Part shown: positions 41,031 through 50,677 of the stretch, in pieces
Layout of the letters: each line of letters starts with the position of its first letter
How positions within the stretch are numbered: position 1 is the first letter of the stretch
NCBI GenBank assembly: GCA_964523015.1
Contig: CAZFXN010000011.1
Coordinates: forward strand, 1-63,502
Reading direction: 5' to 3'
DNA from: an uncultured Bdellovibrionales bacterium
GTDB taxonomy: Bacteria > Bdellovibrionota_C > UBA2361 > J135
Length of the DNA stretch: 63,502 bases
Notes under the pieces: model-generated
Databases searched by the model: none
Told to the model about the DNA's origin: nothing
Seen by the model: the letters and a program-made list of their open reading frames with translations, nothing else
Position numbers and translations under genes: made by a program

Positions 41031-42458
41031 ATGATGCAGAGACTTACTTTGATAAATTTTCTTTCTCAGATCAATTTTCTTTTTCAATGCTCTTTTCTAG
41101 GGCTCTTCTTAATACTATCTCTATTTACACCAGCCATCCTGCAAGCTGCCCCTGCTAATTTATATACAACAGATCCACAAGCTTTATTAATCTTTAGATC
41201 TAAACTTGATGGCACAGATCTCAAAAGTGAAATAGGGTCAAATTTTACTGCCTCTCCGTATGGTGTCGCACTTGATATAGACAACAACACAGTTTATTGG
41301 ACAGAGCCAGGAAATAACAGCATCTTTAAAGGGGATCTTAAAGGTCAAACAAAATCCCTAGTAACTGACAAAGCTTTCAGTCCAAACGACATCGCCATTG
41401 ATAGAGTTGCTCAGAAATTGTATTGGGTCAGTAAATTTACACCAGCAAGTATCAAAAGAAGTAATGTAGATGGCTCTAATATGGAGGATGTTTATGTAAG
41501 CCTCTCAGCAAATGGTCCAGATGGAATTGATCTAGATGTCACTGCTGGAAAAATTTATTGGACAGATATTTTTGATATAGCTGTTAAGCGTGCCAATCTT
41601 GATGGGACAAATGTTGAAAACGTAATCACCTCACTTATGTCAACTGAAATGCCCGATCTAGCTTTAGATATCCCTAATGGAAAAGTTTATTGGCTAGATG
41701 GTACCAATACAAATATTCAAAGGGCGAATATGGATGGCTCCTCAGGATCTCCTGTTACAGTTATATCCTTAGGAGTTAATCCCTTGGGGTTGGCTATAGA
41801 TTCTACTGTCACTCCTTCAGTAGCTTACTGGACGGAGCTTCAAACTAGTCAAGTTAGAAAATTATCTTTAAGTGTTGGAGGTCCTGCTCCCACCGCAGTA
41901 ACAATACTTGGCACAGGCGATGGACTTAATGCGCCAACCCATCTAGCGCTTGGTGATTTCCCGCCATTAACTCCGATTACAACAATCGATGCCCCTCCAG
42001 GAGTAGGAGTAGATAGTTCGAACAAAACAGTGACCCTAACTTTTGAAGATTTCTCCGGTGCGCTCATAGAGTCATTTGGAGCATTTGCTCTTACCGATAT
42101 TACTGGTCAATTAGTGAACAAGACTCCCCAAGTAAGGTATCAAGCTACTATTACAAATAAAACAAACTCAAAGATTAAAAAGATTGTCACTAAAAACACT
42201 CAAGCTACTAGAAAACTTCCAGTTGGAACTTATAGTGCAAACTATGTAGCTCATGTAGTCGTTGCTAAAGGCAAAAAGAAGAACTTAAAAAAGAAAGCTA
42301 AGATTAAAGCCCAACTTGCGGCTCTTAAAAATGAGCCAAACACAATTGAAAATCAGAATAAAAAAGAGGTGTTGAAGGCAAACAAAAAACTTGCCGGATT
42401 TAAAGTTAAATCAACAACTGAAGACAGTCCAACTACCCCTGCATTTGATATTAACTAG
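41031..42458 (+). CDS. Secreted YWTD beta-propeller protein, paralog of the upstream gene
   Basis: VYWTE, LYWVS, IYWTD, VYWLD, AYWTE with RANLDG; shared QLVNKTPQVRY; start uncertain (ATG 41031). Confidence 0.82.
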   Translation: MMQRLTLINFLSQINFLFQCSFLGLFLILSLFTPAILQAAPANLYTTDPQALLIFRSKLDGTDLKSEIGSNFTASPYGVALDIDNNTVYWTEPGNNSIFKGDLKGQTKSLVTDKAFSPNDIAIDRVAQKLYWVSKFTPASIKRSNVDGSNMEDVYVSLSANGPDGIDLDVTAGKIYWTDIFDIAVKRANLDGTNVENVITSLMSTEMPDLALDIPNGKVYWLDGTNTNIQRANMDGSSGSPVTVISLGVNPLGLAIDSTVTPSVAYWTELQTSQVRKLSLSVGGPAPTAVTILGTGDGLNAPTHLALGDFPPLTPITTIDAPPGVGVDSSNKTVTLTFEDFSGALIESFGAFALTDITGQLVNKTPQVRYQATITNKTNSKIKKIVTKNTQATRKLPVGTYSANYVAHVVVAKGKKKNLKKKAKIKAQLAALKNEPNTIENQNKKEVLKANKKLAGFKVKSTTEDSPTTPAFDIN

Positions 42459-42487
42459 TTTGAGAACTTTAAGTTTTTTAGGTTCTT

Positions 42488-42943
42488 CTAAGATCGCCTA
42501 GTTGCCTGACCCAATGCTTGAGAGACGCAGAGAAAGCCATCATTACATTCAAGCCTAAACTCAAAGAGTGTAGTAGCGTCATTATCATTAAGTTGTGAAT
42601 ATCCAACTGAGGATGTCTGAGTACAAAAAGATCCGTCTCCAAAAAGATCTCCTGAGAGATCTTCAATTGCAGTCAATATGCCATCGCTCTGAGTTGCTGT
42701 GGCTTCAGTTATAAATGTATCATTTGAGGTCAAGATCATTGTTCCATCATCTAGTTCAGAAATATCGTGTTCAGAGACAAATCCTGTAATCCCTGGTGTT
42801 ACAAGCTGACAATCATCAGTAGATAAATTATATCTGACATCCCAGATCCCTAAATAAGAGGTATTCGTCGTGTTATTGTTACTATTACATGCAACAATGC
42901 TAAATGATGCCAATGCACTTAAAACAAAATGAAGGCTTCTCAT
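42488..42943 (-). CDS. Hypothetical lipoprotein
   Basis: Lipobox IVAC; four further Cys residues. Confidence 0.7.
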   Translation of the reverse strand: MRSLHFVLSALASFSIVACNSNNNTTNTSYLGIWDVRYNLSTDDCQLVTPGITGFVSEHDISELDDGTMILTSNDTFITEATATQSDGILTAIEDLSGDLFGDGSFCTQTSSVGYSQLNDNDATTLFEFRLECNDGFLCVSQALGQATRRS

Positions 42944-43073
42944 CGTCTTTATCCCCTTTTTGGTATGCCTATAGTTAAAAGATGGTTGATTACTAAACCT
43001 TCTCTTATTTACTCTGTCTAATCAATCCATTTTTTCTTACACTTTGCATAAATATACTTTTGTATAAGAACAT

Positions 43074-45041
43074 ATGAAACGTTGGCTAACCTCTGCCCTA
43101 CTAGGAATCATAATAACGTTGCTCCATCTGCTGACTTCACTTAGTCAAGTAGGAGATAATATAGAGCCAAAGGCATTAGATCTATGGTCTCAGCTTAGAG
43201 GATCCAAAATTGCTCCCCAAGATATTGTTTTAATATCTATGGATGAGGCAAGTTACAAAAACCTAAACATCCCTCTTAGCCAGGCTTGGCCTAGGAAGAT
43301 TCATGCGGAGTTGTTAAATAAACTTTCAACAGCTGGTGTAAAAAGAGTGGTTTTTGATGTGCTTTTCTTAGACCCTGGCAACGATTCAAAAATCGATAGT
43401 ACCCTATCCGTAGCTATGTCAAAAGTTCCAACAGTCCTAGGAACTGATTCAATCATTAAAGATTACTCCTCAGCTAGTGGTTCTTTTAAAATTGAAGAGG
43501 TACTACTCCCTCATAAACCATTTCTGGAAAATGCTGAGCGTGCTGCATTAGTTGGATTCCCAGAGGATGATGGATTTGTAAGAAGATTTTTAACCGACCG
43601 ATCGGCCCAGACAAAAAATTTCAATACTCTATCAGAGGCGGCTGCTGGAATCTCAAATCAAGACCGAAATACACTTCCAGGGCCTCGTGATTTTATAAAT
43701 TATCTTGGTCCTAAAGGAACTATCCCCTTTATTAGTTATTATCAGGCGATTGATAAGGATCATCCAATTCCAAATGACGCCCTTAAAGATAAGATTGTAT
43801 TTATTGGATTATTGCTACAAACAGATGTTGGCCCCTCACAAAAAGATGTTTTCATGACCCCTTTTGGTCGAATTTTTGGAACTGAAATTCATGCTACTGC
43901 TGCGCTTAATCTTATACACAAAGACTGGATTAAAAGGGGGTCAGCTTGGTTAGAGATCCTAACTTTAAGTCTAGTTACTTTTCTACTTACAACTACACTC
44001 TTTGCACTTCGTCCTCTTTGGGCCACAGTATTATTTGCTGGAACTCTTATTACCTGGATTATAGTAGGATATATGAGTTTCCTTAATAATATTTTTATAC
44101 CTGGAACACTTTTAGTATCAATTTTTCTCCCGATTACACTTCTTTTAAGTACGCTCTACTATTATTTTGTTACTCGCAAAGCTGAACTTAAACTTGCTAG
44201 CGCTTTTGAATTATATGTTTCTCCTCAAATGGCAAAATCAGTCGCTAACAACCAGAAAAGCCTTTCATTAGGAGGAGAAAAAGTTTGGGCTACCGCCATG
44301 TTTACTGACATCCAGGCTTTCACCTCAATCTCTGAAAATATGCCAGCAGAGCAGGTCTCTGCAATGTTAAATGCGTATTTTACTGAGGTCATGGATGTTG
44401 TCTTTAATAATGACGGCACCCTTTTAAAATTTATTGGGGATGCTATCTTTGTAATTTGGGGAGCGCCGGTAAAGATTAATGATCATGCCTCAAAAGCGTG
44501 CCAGACTGCATTAGCGATTCAAAAAGAGGTTCATAGATTTAATGAATCAAAAAGATTTCCCCCTCTTTTAACAAGAATTGGAATTCATACTGGTCCAATG
44601 GTGGTTGGGAATCTTGGCTCGAGTAAGCGGTTTGACTATACAGCTATTGGAGATTCCGTAAATCTAGCCTCCCGCATCGAAGGAATAAACAAGTTTTTTG
44701 GTACTTATATCTTAATTAGCGAGACCGTAAAAAAAGAGGTTGGGGGGACATTTTCATCTCTAGTGGTTGGTTCAATAAAAGTAGCAGGAAAAGATGAGGC
44801 AGTGACTCTCTACATCTTGCTCGAAGATCCTTTGCCTGAATCAATATCAAAATCCTGGGAGGAGGCCATTATAAAATTTAAATCTCAAAAATGGAGTGAG
44901 GCTGAGACTGGCTTTAAAAGTACAGAATCTCTTCCTTTGCTTAGTAAAGCTTCTAAATTTTACTTAAAGCAGATTGCTAATTATTTAAAAGATCCTCCAC
45001 CATCAAATTGGCAAGGTGACCTCTCATTCATAGAAAAATAA
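43074..45041 (+). CDS. CHASE2-domain class III adenylate cyclase
   Basis: CHASE2 (WPRKIHA, FDVLF, GTEIHA), 3 TM; MFTDIQAFT, LKFIGDAI, GIHTG, DYTAIGDSVNLASRIEG (Lys/Thr pair indicates ATP specificity). Confidence 0.93.
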   Translation: MKRWLTSALLGIIITLLHLLTSLSQVGDNIEPKALDLWSQLRGSKIAPQDIVLISMDEASYKNLNIPLSQAWPRKIHAELLNKLSTAGVKRVVFDVLFLDPGNDSKIDSTLSVAMSKVPTVLGTDSIIKDYSSASGSFKIEEVLLPHKPFLENAERAALVGFPEDDGFVRRFLTDRSAQTKNFNTLSEAAAGISNQDRNTLPGPRDFINYLGPKGTIPFISYYQAIDKDHPIPNDALKDKIVFIGLLLQTDVGPSQKDVFMTPFGRIFGTEIHATAALNLIHKDWIKRGSAWLEILTLSLVTFLLTTTLFALRPLWATVLFAGTLITWIIVGYMSFLNNIFIPGTLLVSIFLPITLLLSTLYYYFVTRKAELKLASAFELYVSPQMAKSVANNQKSLSLGGEKVWATAMFTDIQAFTSISENMPAEQVSAMLNAYFTEVMDVVFNNDGTLLKFIGDAIFVIWGAPVKINDHASKACQTALAIQKEVHRFNESKRFPPLLTRIGIHTGPMVVGNLGSSKRFDYTAIGDSVNLASRIEGINKFFGTYILISETVKKEVGGTFSSLVVGSIKVAGKDEAVTLYILLEDPLPESISKSWEEAIIKFKSQKWSEAETGFKSTESLPLLSKASKFYLKQIANYLKDPPPSNWQGDLSFIEK

Positions 45042-45056
45042 TTGAAAAATAGCAGG

Positions 45057-46064
45057 CTATGATAAACTATTAGTAGTTCTTTCATTAAGTGTCTTTAAAG
45101 AAAGGTGCTGAACGGAGAGTGCATAGATTCCATAAAGACAGACACACAGATACTGATAAGCATGAAAAATCAAGGAGTAAGCAAATGCTGTCTCTTTAGA
45201 TACTCCAAAAAGTCCGAGTGCAGCAACACAGGCTGTCTGAAAAACTCCAAGAAACCCAGGGGCACTTGGCGCAGCGACTGCAAGTGCTACAACTACTGTT
45301 AAGGTTAGACTCATCAGATAAGTCCATTCCCCCTCAAACATAAAAAGTCCAAAGTGAAAACTAAGCATGCAACTCCCCCATACTAAAAAGGAGGTCACAA
45401 TTGTCATCATTAATCGTTTAGCAGATCTGAGCACAGAAGTTCCCTCAAGAAGTCCAGCTAAAAATGAATGTAGCTTTGTCTTAATTCCATCAGGTAACGG
45501 AGTAAGGAAGAACTCGTTAAGTCTTAATATTTTCTTTGGAAAAAACGCACCCACTAGCATAAATAAAAAGATAGCTCCTCCGATTAATGCTAATATACTT
45601 GCTCCCTTGATTGCCCATTCAGGAAGATCAGGGATAAATGGAGAGACACTCGCTAACATTAATAAAACAACTGAGAGATCAAAGAATCTCTCAATAACAA
45701 TTGATGAAAAACCAGTAGCAAAGGAATGCTGGCTTCTCTTAGCAAGGACATAAGGACGTATGAACTCTCCTGCCCTTAACGGCAATACAAATGTTGCCAT
45801 GTTTCCAATCATAAGGGAGTCAAAAAGAATTCTAATTGAGACTTCCTTACCCTCAGGCAACAGATATCGCCATCTATAGGCTCTAAACACATAGTGCAGT
45901 AGCCAAAAAACTGTAATCGGGAAAAGGTACCATAAATTGAGATGCACTAATTCTTTTAGAACTATCTCCCACTCTACTTGCAAGGATATCCATGTAAGGA
46001 GAACAATACTTACTGTCCATCCAAAGATGGTATGAAATTTTTTAGAACTTAAAATATTTGACAT
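45057..46064 (-). CDS. Lysylphosphatidylglycerol-synthase TM-like (UPF0104) flippase-like membrane protein
   Basis: RAYRWRYLL, LPLRAGEFIR, ERFFD, PSAPGFLGVF. Confidence 0.85.
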   Translation of the reverse strand: MSNILSSKKFHTIFGWTVSIVLLTWISLQVEWEIVLKELVHLNLWYLFPITVFWLLHYVFRAYRWRYLLPEGKEVSIRILFDSLMIGNMATFVLPLRAGEFIRPYVLAKRSQHSFATGFSSIVIERFFDLSVVLLMLASVSPFIPDLPEWAIKGASILALIGGAIFLFMLVGAFFPKKILRLNEFFLTPLPDGIKTKLHSFLAGLLEGTSVLRSAKRLMMTIVTSFLVWGSCMLSFHFGLFMFEGEWTYLMSLTLTVVVALAVAAPSAPGFLGVFQTACVAALGLFGVSKETAFAYSLIFHAYQYLCVCLYGIYALSVQHLSLKTLNERTTNSLS

Positions 46065-46067
46065 TTA

Positions 46068-47486
46068 CTAATACTGAAGTGGTGTTACCTCTTTACCAAC
46101 TAGCTGGCTAAGTTTACTAAGGGCCATATTGTAATTATACCGTGCCTGCAAAAGGCTAATCTTCATCGTGGCATAAGAGGCAATACCTTCCATAAGAATC
46201 TTAGGCTCTCCTATTCCCACATCATAATTATTTGAAGCAGAAACCATCCATCCTCGTGCCGCACTCGTACCCTCAGAGGCTTGCTTGATCTGCTCTTTAT
46301 ACTCAAGTACTTTTCTATATGATTCTTCGATCTGAAGAGGAATTCCAATCTTAGCTAACTCCTCCTTAGCTTTTAGTCCATGATACCGTGCTCGTGCTTG
46401 AGCAATCTTTGATTGAGTGGTCAAAAAATTAAGATTCCAGCGTAATCCAAATGCCGGGCCGCCAGAGATCTCTCCAAAGCCATCATTCTCAAGAAATGGG
46501 TTATTACTATTATCTCTTGCATCTGATTTACCACCCTGAACCTGAGCTCCAAGGAAAAAGATCGGATAAAGATCAGATTCCTCTACTTTAATTAGATTTT
46601 TTTTCGCCGCTAATCCTTCTGATAACTGCTTTACTTCAGGTTTATTTTTCCAGGTAAGTAGAACTAGATCTTCAAGTGAGCCTGCAGTGAATTTTTCTTC
46701 ACTTAAAAAATCAGGGGTGGTTTGAAAGCTTGGATCAAGTTTAGCAAAGGCCCCGATAGCAGATCTGGCCATGGGAACACCCTGCTTTGCGGCGGCTAAC
46801 TGTCTATTAAGCTCAGATCTCCCAACATATAGCCTTTGTATATCAGTTTGACTGACTTCCCCTGTTCCCTCTTCGAAAAGCTCGTTAGCTTTTGTAATAG
46901 CTTTTTCTAAATACTCTCCAACTTCATCACCTAACCTTAACGCATCAGATGCCAATAGGTATCCGTAGAAAAATTCCTTAATTCGATGAATAACTTCACC
47001 TTTTTTAATTTCAACAGCAGCCTCCTCAACTCTAATTCCTGCCTTGGCAGCGTTGACATACCCTTCAAGTTTTCCCCAAGTCCAAAGGGGAATAATTGCT
47101 GTTAACGTTCCTTTTGCGAATGGAGCAAATCCCTGATATTCATTTGTTTGATCAGTTGTTCCTAAAAAATTTCCCTGGGGAAGTGGAACTTGGTTTCCAG
47201 CACCATCTAGGACATATAAATCCTCTCCATTAGCACGAGCATTTCCATGTACCCCGGCTAATCCTAAAAATTCTACAACTCCAAAGTGCCCAGCCTTTGC
47301 TTCATCAAGTTGAGCCTTGGCAAAATCAACATTGAAGTATGCTTCTTTAATCTCAGGACTTTCCTTGATTGCTTTTTCAATAATGTCGCCTAGAGAATGA
47401 GTATTGTTTGGGGCACCAAATAGTAACGATGGGGAGACAAGTATTCCTAAAACTACTATTTGGAAGATGTGGGACTTTAGTTTCAT
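46068..47486 (-). CDS. TolC family outer-membrane efflux protein
   Basis: Signal peptide; two OEP repeats (IPLWTWG, YPIFFLG, ARYNYNMALSKLSQLVG). Confidence 0.88.
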   Translation of the reverse strand: MKLKSHIFQIVVLGILVSPSLLFGAPNNTHSLGDIIEKAIKESPEIKEAYFNVDFAKAQLDEAKAGHFGVVEFLGLAGVHGNARANGEDLYVLDGAGNQVPLPQGNFLGTTDQTNEYQGFAPFAKGTLTAIIPLWTWGKLEGYVNAAKAGIRVEEAAVEIKKGEVIHRIKEFFYGYLLASDALRLGDEVGEYLEKAITKANELFEEGTGEVSQTDIQRLYVGRSELNRQLAAAKQGVPMARSAIGAFAKLDPSFQTTPDFLSEEKFTAGSLEDLVLLTWKNKPEVKQLSEGLAAKKNLIKVEESDLYPIFFLGAQVQGGKSDARDNSNNPFLENDGFGEISGGPAFGLRWNLNFLTTQSKIAQARARYHGLKAKEELAKIGIPLQIEESYRKVLEYKEQIKQASEGTSAARGWMVSASNNYDVGIGEPKILMEGIASYATMKISLLQARYNYNMALSKLSQLVGKEVTPLQY

Positions 47487-47589
47487 CAGTGAACTCCTAG
47501 AATCAAATCTATGTGCTTTATATATTAAGCGTGAAATATTATCTATCTAGAAAAGTTAGATAAACTCCAACTAAAAACAATGTTTTAAA

Positions 47590-48939
47590 TTAATCTACAT
47601 TGGCCAGAGAGAGAGAACTTGGCTTTAATTTACCTTTTTTCCCAAATAATGACCCCCTAGTCTCACGATTTACCTGATCAAGTCCCCTTCTTTCTAAGAG
47701 CGCTATAATCTTTGTACTTCCAAGATCTTCTATAACTTTGGCTTCATCAGAATAAAGTAAGGTCATGCAGATATAATTAAATTTCCCTTCATTTGTGAGC
47801 TGTTCACTTTCTATCATTCTAAAGGTTGTAAGCAGTATTGAAGTAAGTCCGATATTTGCCGATTCTTTAATTAATGAAATATCAGAGCTTAATCCTTCAC
47901 CGAGTGGCGCGGCAGGATCTTTGCCACTTACTAATAGCATCCAGGCAAGAGCAAACGATCTTGCACTAAAATTCTTAAAATCAATATCTCCTAACTCTGT
48001 CAACCTATTAGGTACAATTTGGAATACTAATTCGGTTCCAATACCATGAGATTTAATTCCAAGTTTTCGTAATCCATTTGTTACAAAAACTAATTTATCA
48101 TCTGACTCGGTTGTGCATTTAAATACAGATATCTCTAGTGGAGATTGTTGGTTTGTTAAAATTTTACTTATCTCATTTTCCTCAATTCCTAGCTCTCTCA
48201 GTTCTTCTTTAATGTTTAGACTTATATAACTAATCGGCTTTCCATACTGAGCTTCGAATGGCTCCCATGCAGAGGCTAGTACGGGCCTTGTATACCGACC
48301 GACTCGCCCACTTTCTAAGACTATCTCAAGATCAGTTCTTAAAAATATATCTGCTCCATCTATCCATTCTGAATCGTTTTTACCTTGTCTATTATGTACT
48401 GCATAGAAGATGCCTAATTGAGAGAGTCTTTCTGAATAACCATAGACAATCACTTCGTATCTTAATAATGCAAGAAACCCACGAATATACCTATCTATCT
48501 TTTTATCTTTCCATTTAACAAAAAAAGCGATCTTTCCTTTAACAATGCTGATCAAATCCTTAGTATCAACTATTCCTTTAAATCGATCTCGTTGATATGA
48601 AATGAGTTCAGAACATTTTTCAAATTCTGGAGCAACTACAGTTTCAGAGATCAGATCAAAGGTTCGATCCTCAAGAGTTGATCTTTTTCTGTTTCGAGTG
48701 GAAGGAAAAACAATTCCTAACCTTTCAAGATAAACTGCTCTCCCATCAAAAACAGATTCAGTAATTGAAGAGCTAATTCCAAAATTTAGAATCCGCCTCT
48801 CCTCTTCACTACTTTCAATTATAAACTCATTCCAGAGCTGTCGTGGTTGACGAAGAGAATTATTCTTTTCATTATTAATCTTAGATGGGGGATCAGCCAA
48901 CAAACTGTCTATCCCACCGAGTGTAGTGCCATCGTACAT
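47590..48939 (-). CDS. Hypothetical protein with C-terminal SUFU-like domain
   Basis: LVFVTNGL..GIGTELVF and LLYSDEA..LG..IIALL..RGS resemble the suppressor-of-fused family. Confidence 0.55.
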   Translation of the reverse strand: MYDGTTLGGIDSLLADPPSKINNEKNNSLRQPRQLWNEFIIESSEEERRILNFGISSSITESVFDGRAVYLERLGIVFPSTRNRKRSTLEDRTFDLISETVVAPEFEKCSELISYQRDRFKGIVDTKDLISIVKGKIAFFVKWKDKKIDRYIRGFLALLRYEVIVYGYSERLSQLGIFYAVHNRQGKNDSEWIDGADIFLRTDLEIVLESGRVGRYTRPVLASAWEPFEAQYGKPISYISLNIKEELRELGIEENEISKILTNQQSPLEISVFKCTTESDDKLVFVTNGLRKLGIKSHGIGTELVFQIVPNRLTELGDIDFKNFSARSFALAWMLLVSGKDPAAPLGEGLSSDISLIKESANIGLTSILLTTFRMIESEQLTNEGKFNYICMTLLYSDEAKVIEDLGSTKIIALLERRGLDQVNRETRGSLFGKKGKLKPSSLSLANVD

Positions 48940-49192
48940 AATTAATTTAGGATTTTTTACTTAACTTGACGCGATGGAAATGTAGCGTATCTACTTATAG
49001 GCGTCCAGTCTTACGAGGTAATATTATTGTAAGTAGAGCTTCTTGATACTTTGAGAAATCTTAACTATTATGTTCTACTATATTTCATCTCGCATTTATC
49101 GACCAACTGCGTTTTACTTTCTCTGCTATTTTTTATTTTTACTTATTTTGTATTTTTAGTATTTACATTTTTATGTTTTTATCTCTGTAAAT

Positions 49193-49819
49193 ATGGCTAA
49201 GCTTTATTTTAGATACGGCACCGTTGGAAGTGCAAAAACTTTAAACTTATTGGCTGTTGCTCATAACTATCGACAGCAGGGGAAAAATGTTCTCCTTTTA
49301 AAACCACTTTTAGATAATAGATTTGGTACGGATATAATAAGATCTAGAGCTGGGTTAGAGCAACCTGCAGATATAATGGTGACTGACTCAACAAAGATAC
49401 CTGATAGCAAACTAGAAGGGATAAGTTGTGTCTTAGTGGATGAGGCACAGTTTCTAAGTGCTCAAGTAATTAACCAGTTAAGAGAGATAGCAATTCATAA
49501 AAACATCCCAATTATCTGTTATGGCCTTAGAGCTGATTTTAGAGCCCATCTTTTTGATGGATCACGTCGCCTTTTTGAACTTGCTGATACGGTTGAAGAG
49601 ATTAAGACAACCTGTGCGTTTTGTAATCGAAAAGCAATTATGAACTTAAAACACTCAAATGGAGTTGCTACTATTGAAGGTCCAAGTGTTGATCTTGGGG
49701 CCGAAGAGAAATACTTTCCAGCTTGCTATAACTGCTATAACGAGCAATTAAAGATTGCAAATTCGCCATGCTTGCCAACATCAGAACAGTTCGATTTGTT
49801 TGCTGCGAATATGAAGTAA
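49193..49819 (+). CDS. tdk: Thymidine kinase
   Basis: YGTVGSAKT, VDEAQF, YGLRADF, Zn-binding Cys pairs. Confidence 0.96.
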   Translation: MAKLYFRYGTVGSAKTLNLLAVAHNYRQQGKNVLLLKPLLDNRFGTDIIRSRAGLEQPADIMVTDSTKIPDSKLEGISCVLVDEAQFLSAQVINQLREIAIHKNIPIICYGLRADFRAHLFDGSRRLFELADTVEEIKTTCAFCNRKAIMNLKHSNGVATIEGPSVDLGAEEKYFPACYNCYNEQLKIANSPCLPTSEQFDLFAANMK

Positions 49820-49831
49820 AACTTTGTCAGT

Positions 49832-50411
49832 TTATAAGTCACTTGCTGGCGGGGGTGGAGGCTCAGCATCATCAGTCAAAGGACTTTCAGGGTCATTATC
49901 TGACGTTGGGTCTGGCATCGGTTCTGAGGGCTCATCAGGAGTCACTTCATTATCTGGATTATTAACAACATCTGGAGGAGCTAGAGGATCATTAAGCTGC
50001 CCTGATCCTTGATTAGCTAAGGATGAGGATCCATCATCAAGATCTGAGGGACTGAAATAGTCTTTTCCTCAAAATCAACAATAAACACGACAACAGCCTG
50101 ACCAGGCTGCACAGAAGCAAAGGTAACTTCTGAGGAGACTCCAAGTGCCTCTATTAAAAATATATGTTTATCAGAGTCAGTAAGGCCAGCTAAGATTTCA
50201 AACGATCCATCATTCAAAGATTTTGATGTATTGCCACTCTGAATATCGAATATCTCTGCTCCACTAACAGGCGTAGCTAATGCATCTAGCACTAGTCCTC
50301 TAACTGTAATATCACCTGAGTTACTACCGTGCGAACCACCGCCGCAGCCTGTAATACCGCCAGTAATTAGGCAAAAATTATGAAGATTCTATTAAGCACT
50401 TGATACCCCAT
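49832..50411 (-). pseudogene. Lipoprotein gene with two single-base frameshifts
   Basis: Adding one T in the run at 50373-50377 gives MGYQVLNRIFIIFCLITGGITGC (lipobox) in frame with ORF 50017-50292; adding one C near 50050 extends into an acidic Pro-rich tail ending ...PPPPASDL*. Confidence 0.65.
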
Positions 50412-50583
50412 TTGACCAGAAACCACCTACATAGCCCATATCCAATTATCTACGATAGTTGATCCTAAGTTTTGTCCTAATTATAAGATCTTTCAATGGA
50501 GATTCGTAGATTATAAGAGATAACTTCAATTTCTCTTATAGCTTCTAAGTAATTCTCTTAGAGGTCCTTACGAAAATTGAACA

Positions 50584-50602
50584 AGTGAGAAATATTCTCG
50601 CT
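50584..50602. promoter_or_regulatory. Palindrome in the divergent promoter region of the DUF6502-like gene
   Basis: AGTGAGAA-ATA-TTCTCGCT between TTGAAC (50577) and TATAAA (50602). Confidence 0.4.
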
Positions 50603-50677
50603 ATAAACAGAAGCCAAACTCTATTTTATACAGACTAGGGGTTGCAACATAAGATGAACCGTTAATAATATGATTGT

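Noticed and set aside
35297-45041. Pycsar/CBASS-type anti-phage system (cyclase + cNMP-binding protein + HD)
   Set aside because: The cyclase is a membrane CHASE2 sensor with ATP-type residues, and no TIR or 2TM death effector is fused to the cNMP domains; the context is signalling and redox.
49824-50012. 62-aa Gly/Ser-rich plus-strand ORF
   Set aside because: Antisense shadow of the Pro/Asp-rich tail of the minus-strand lipoprotein pseudogene.
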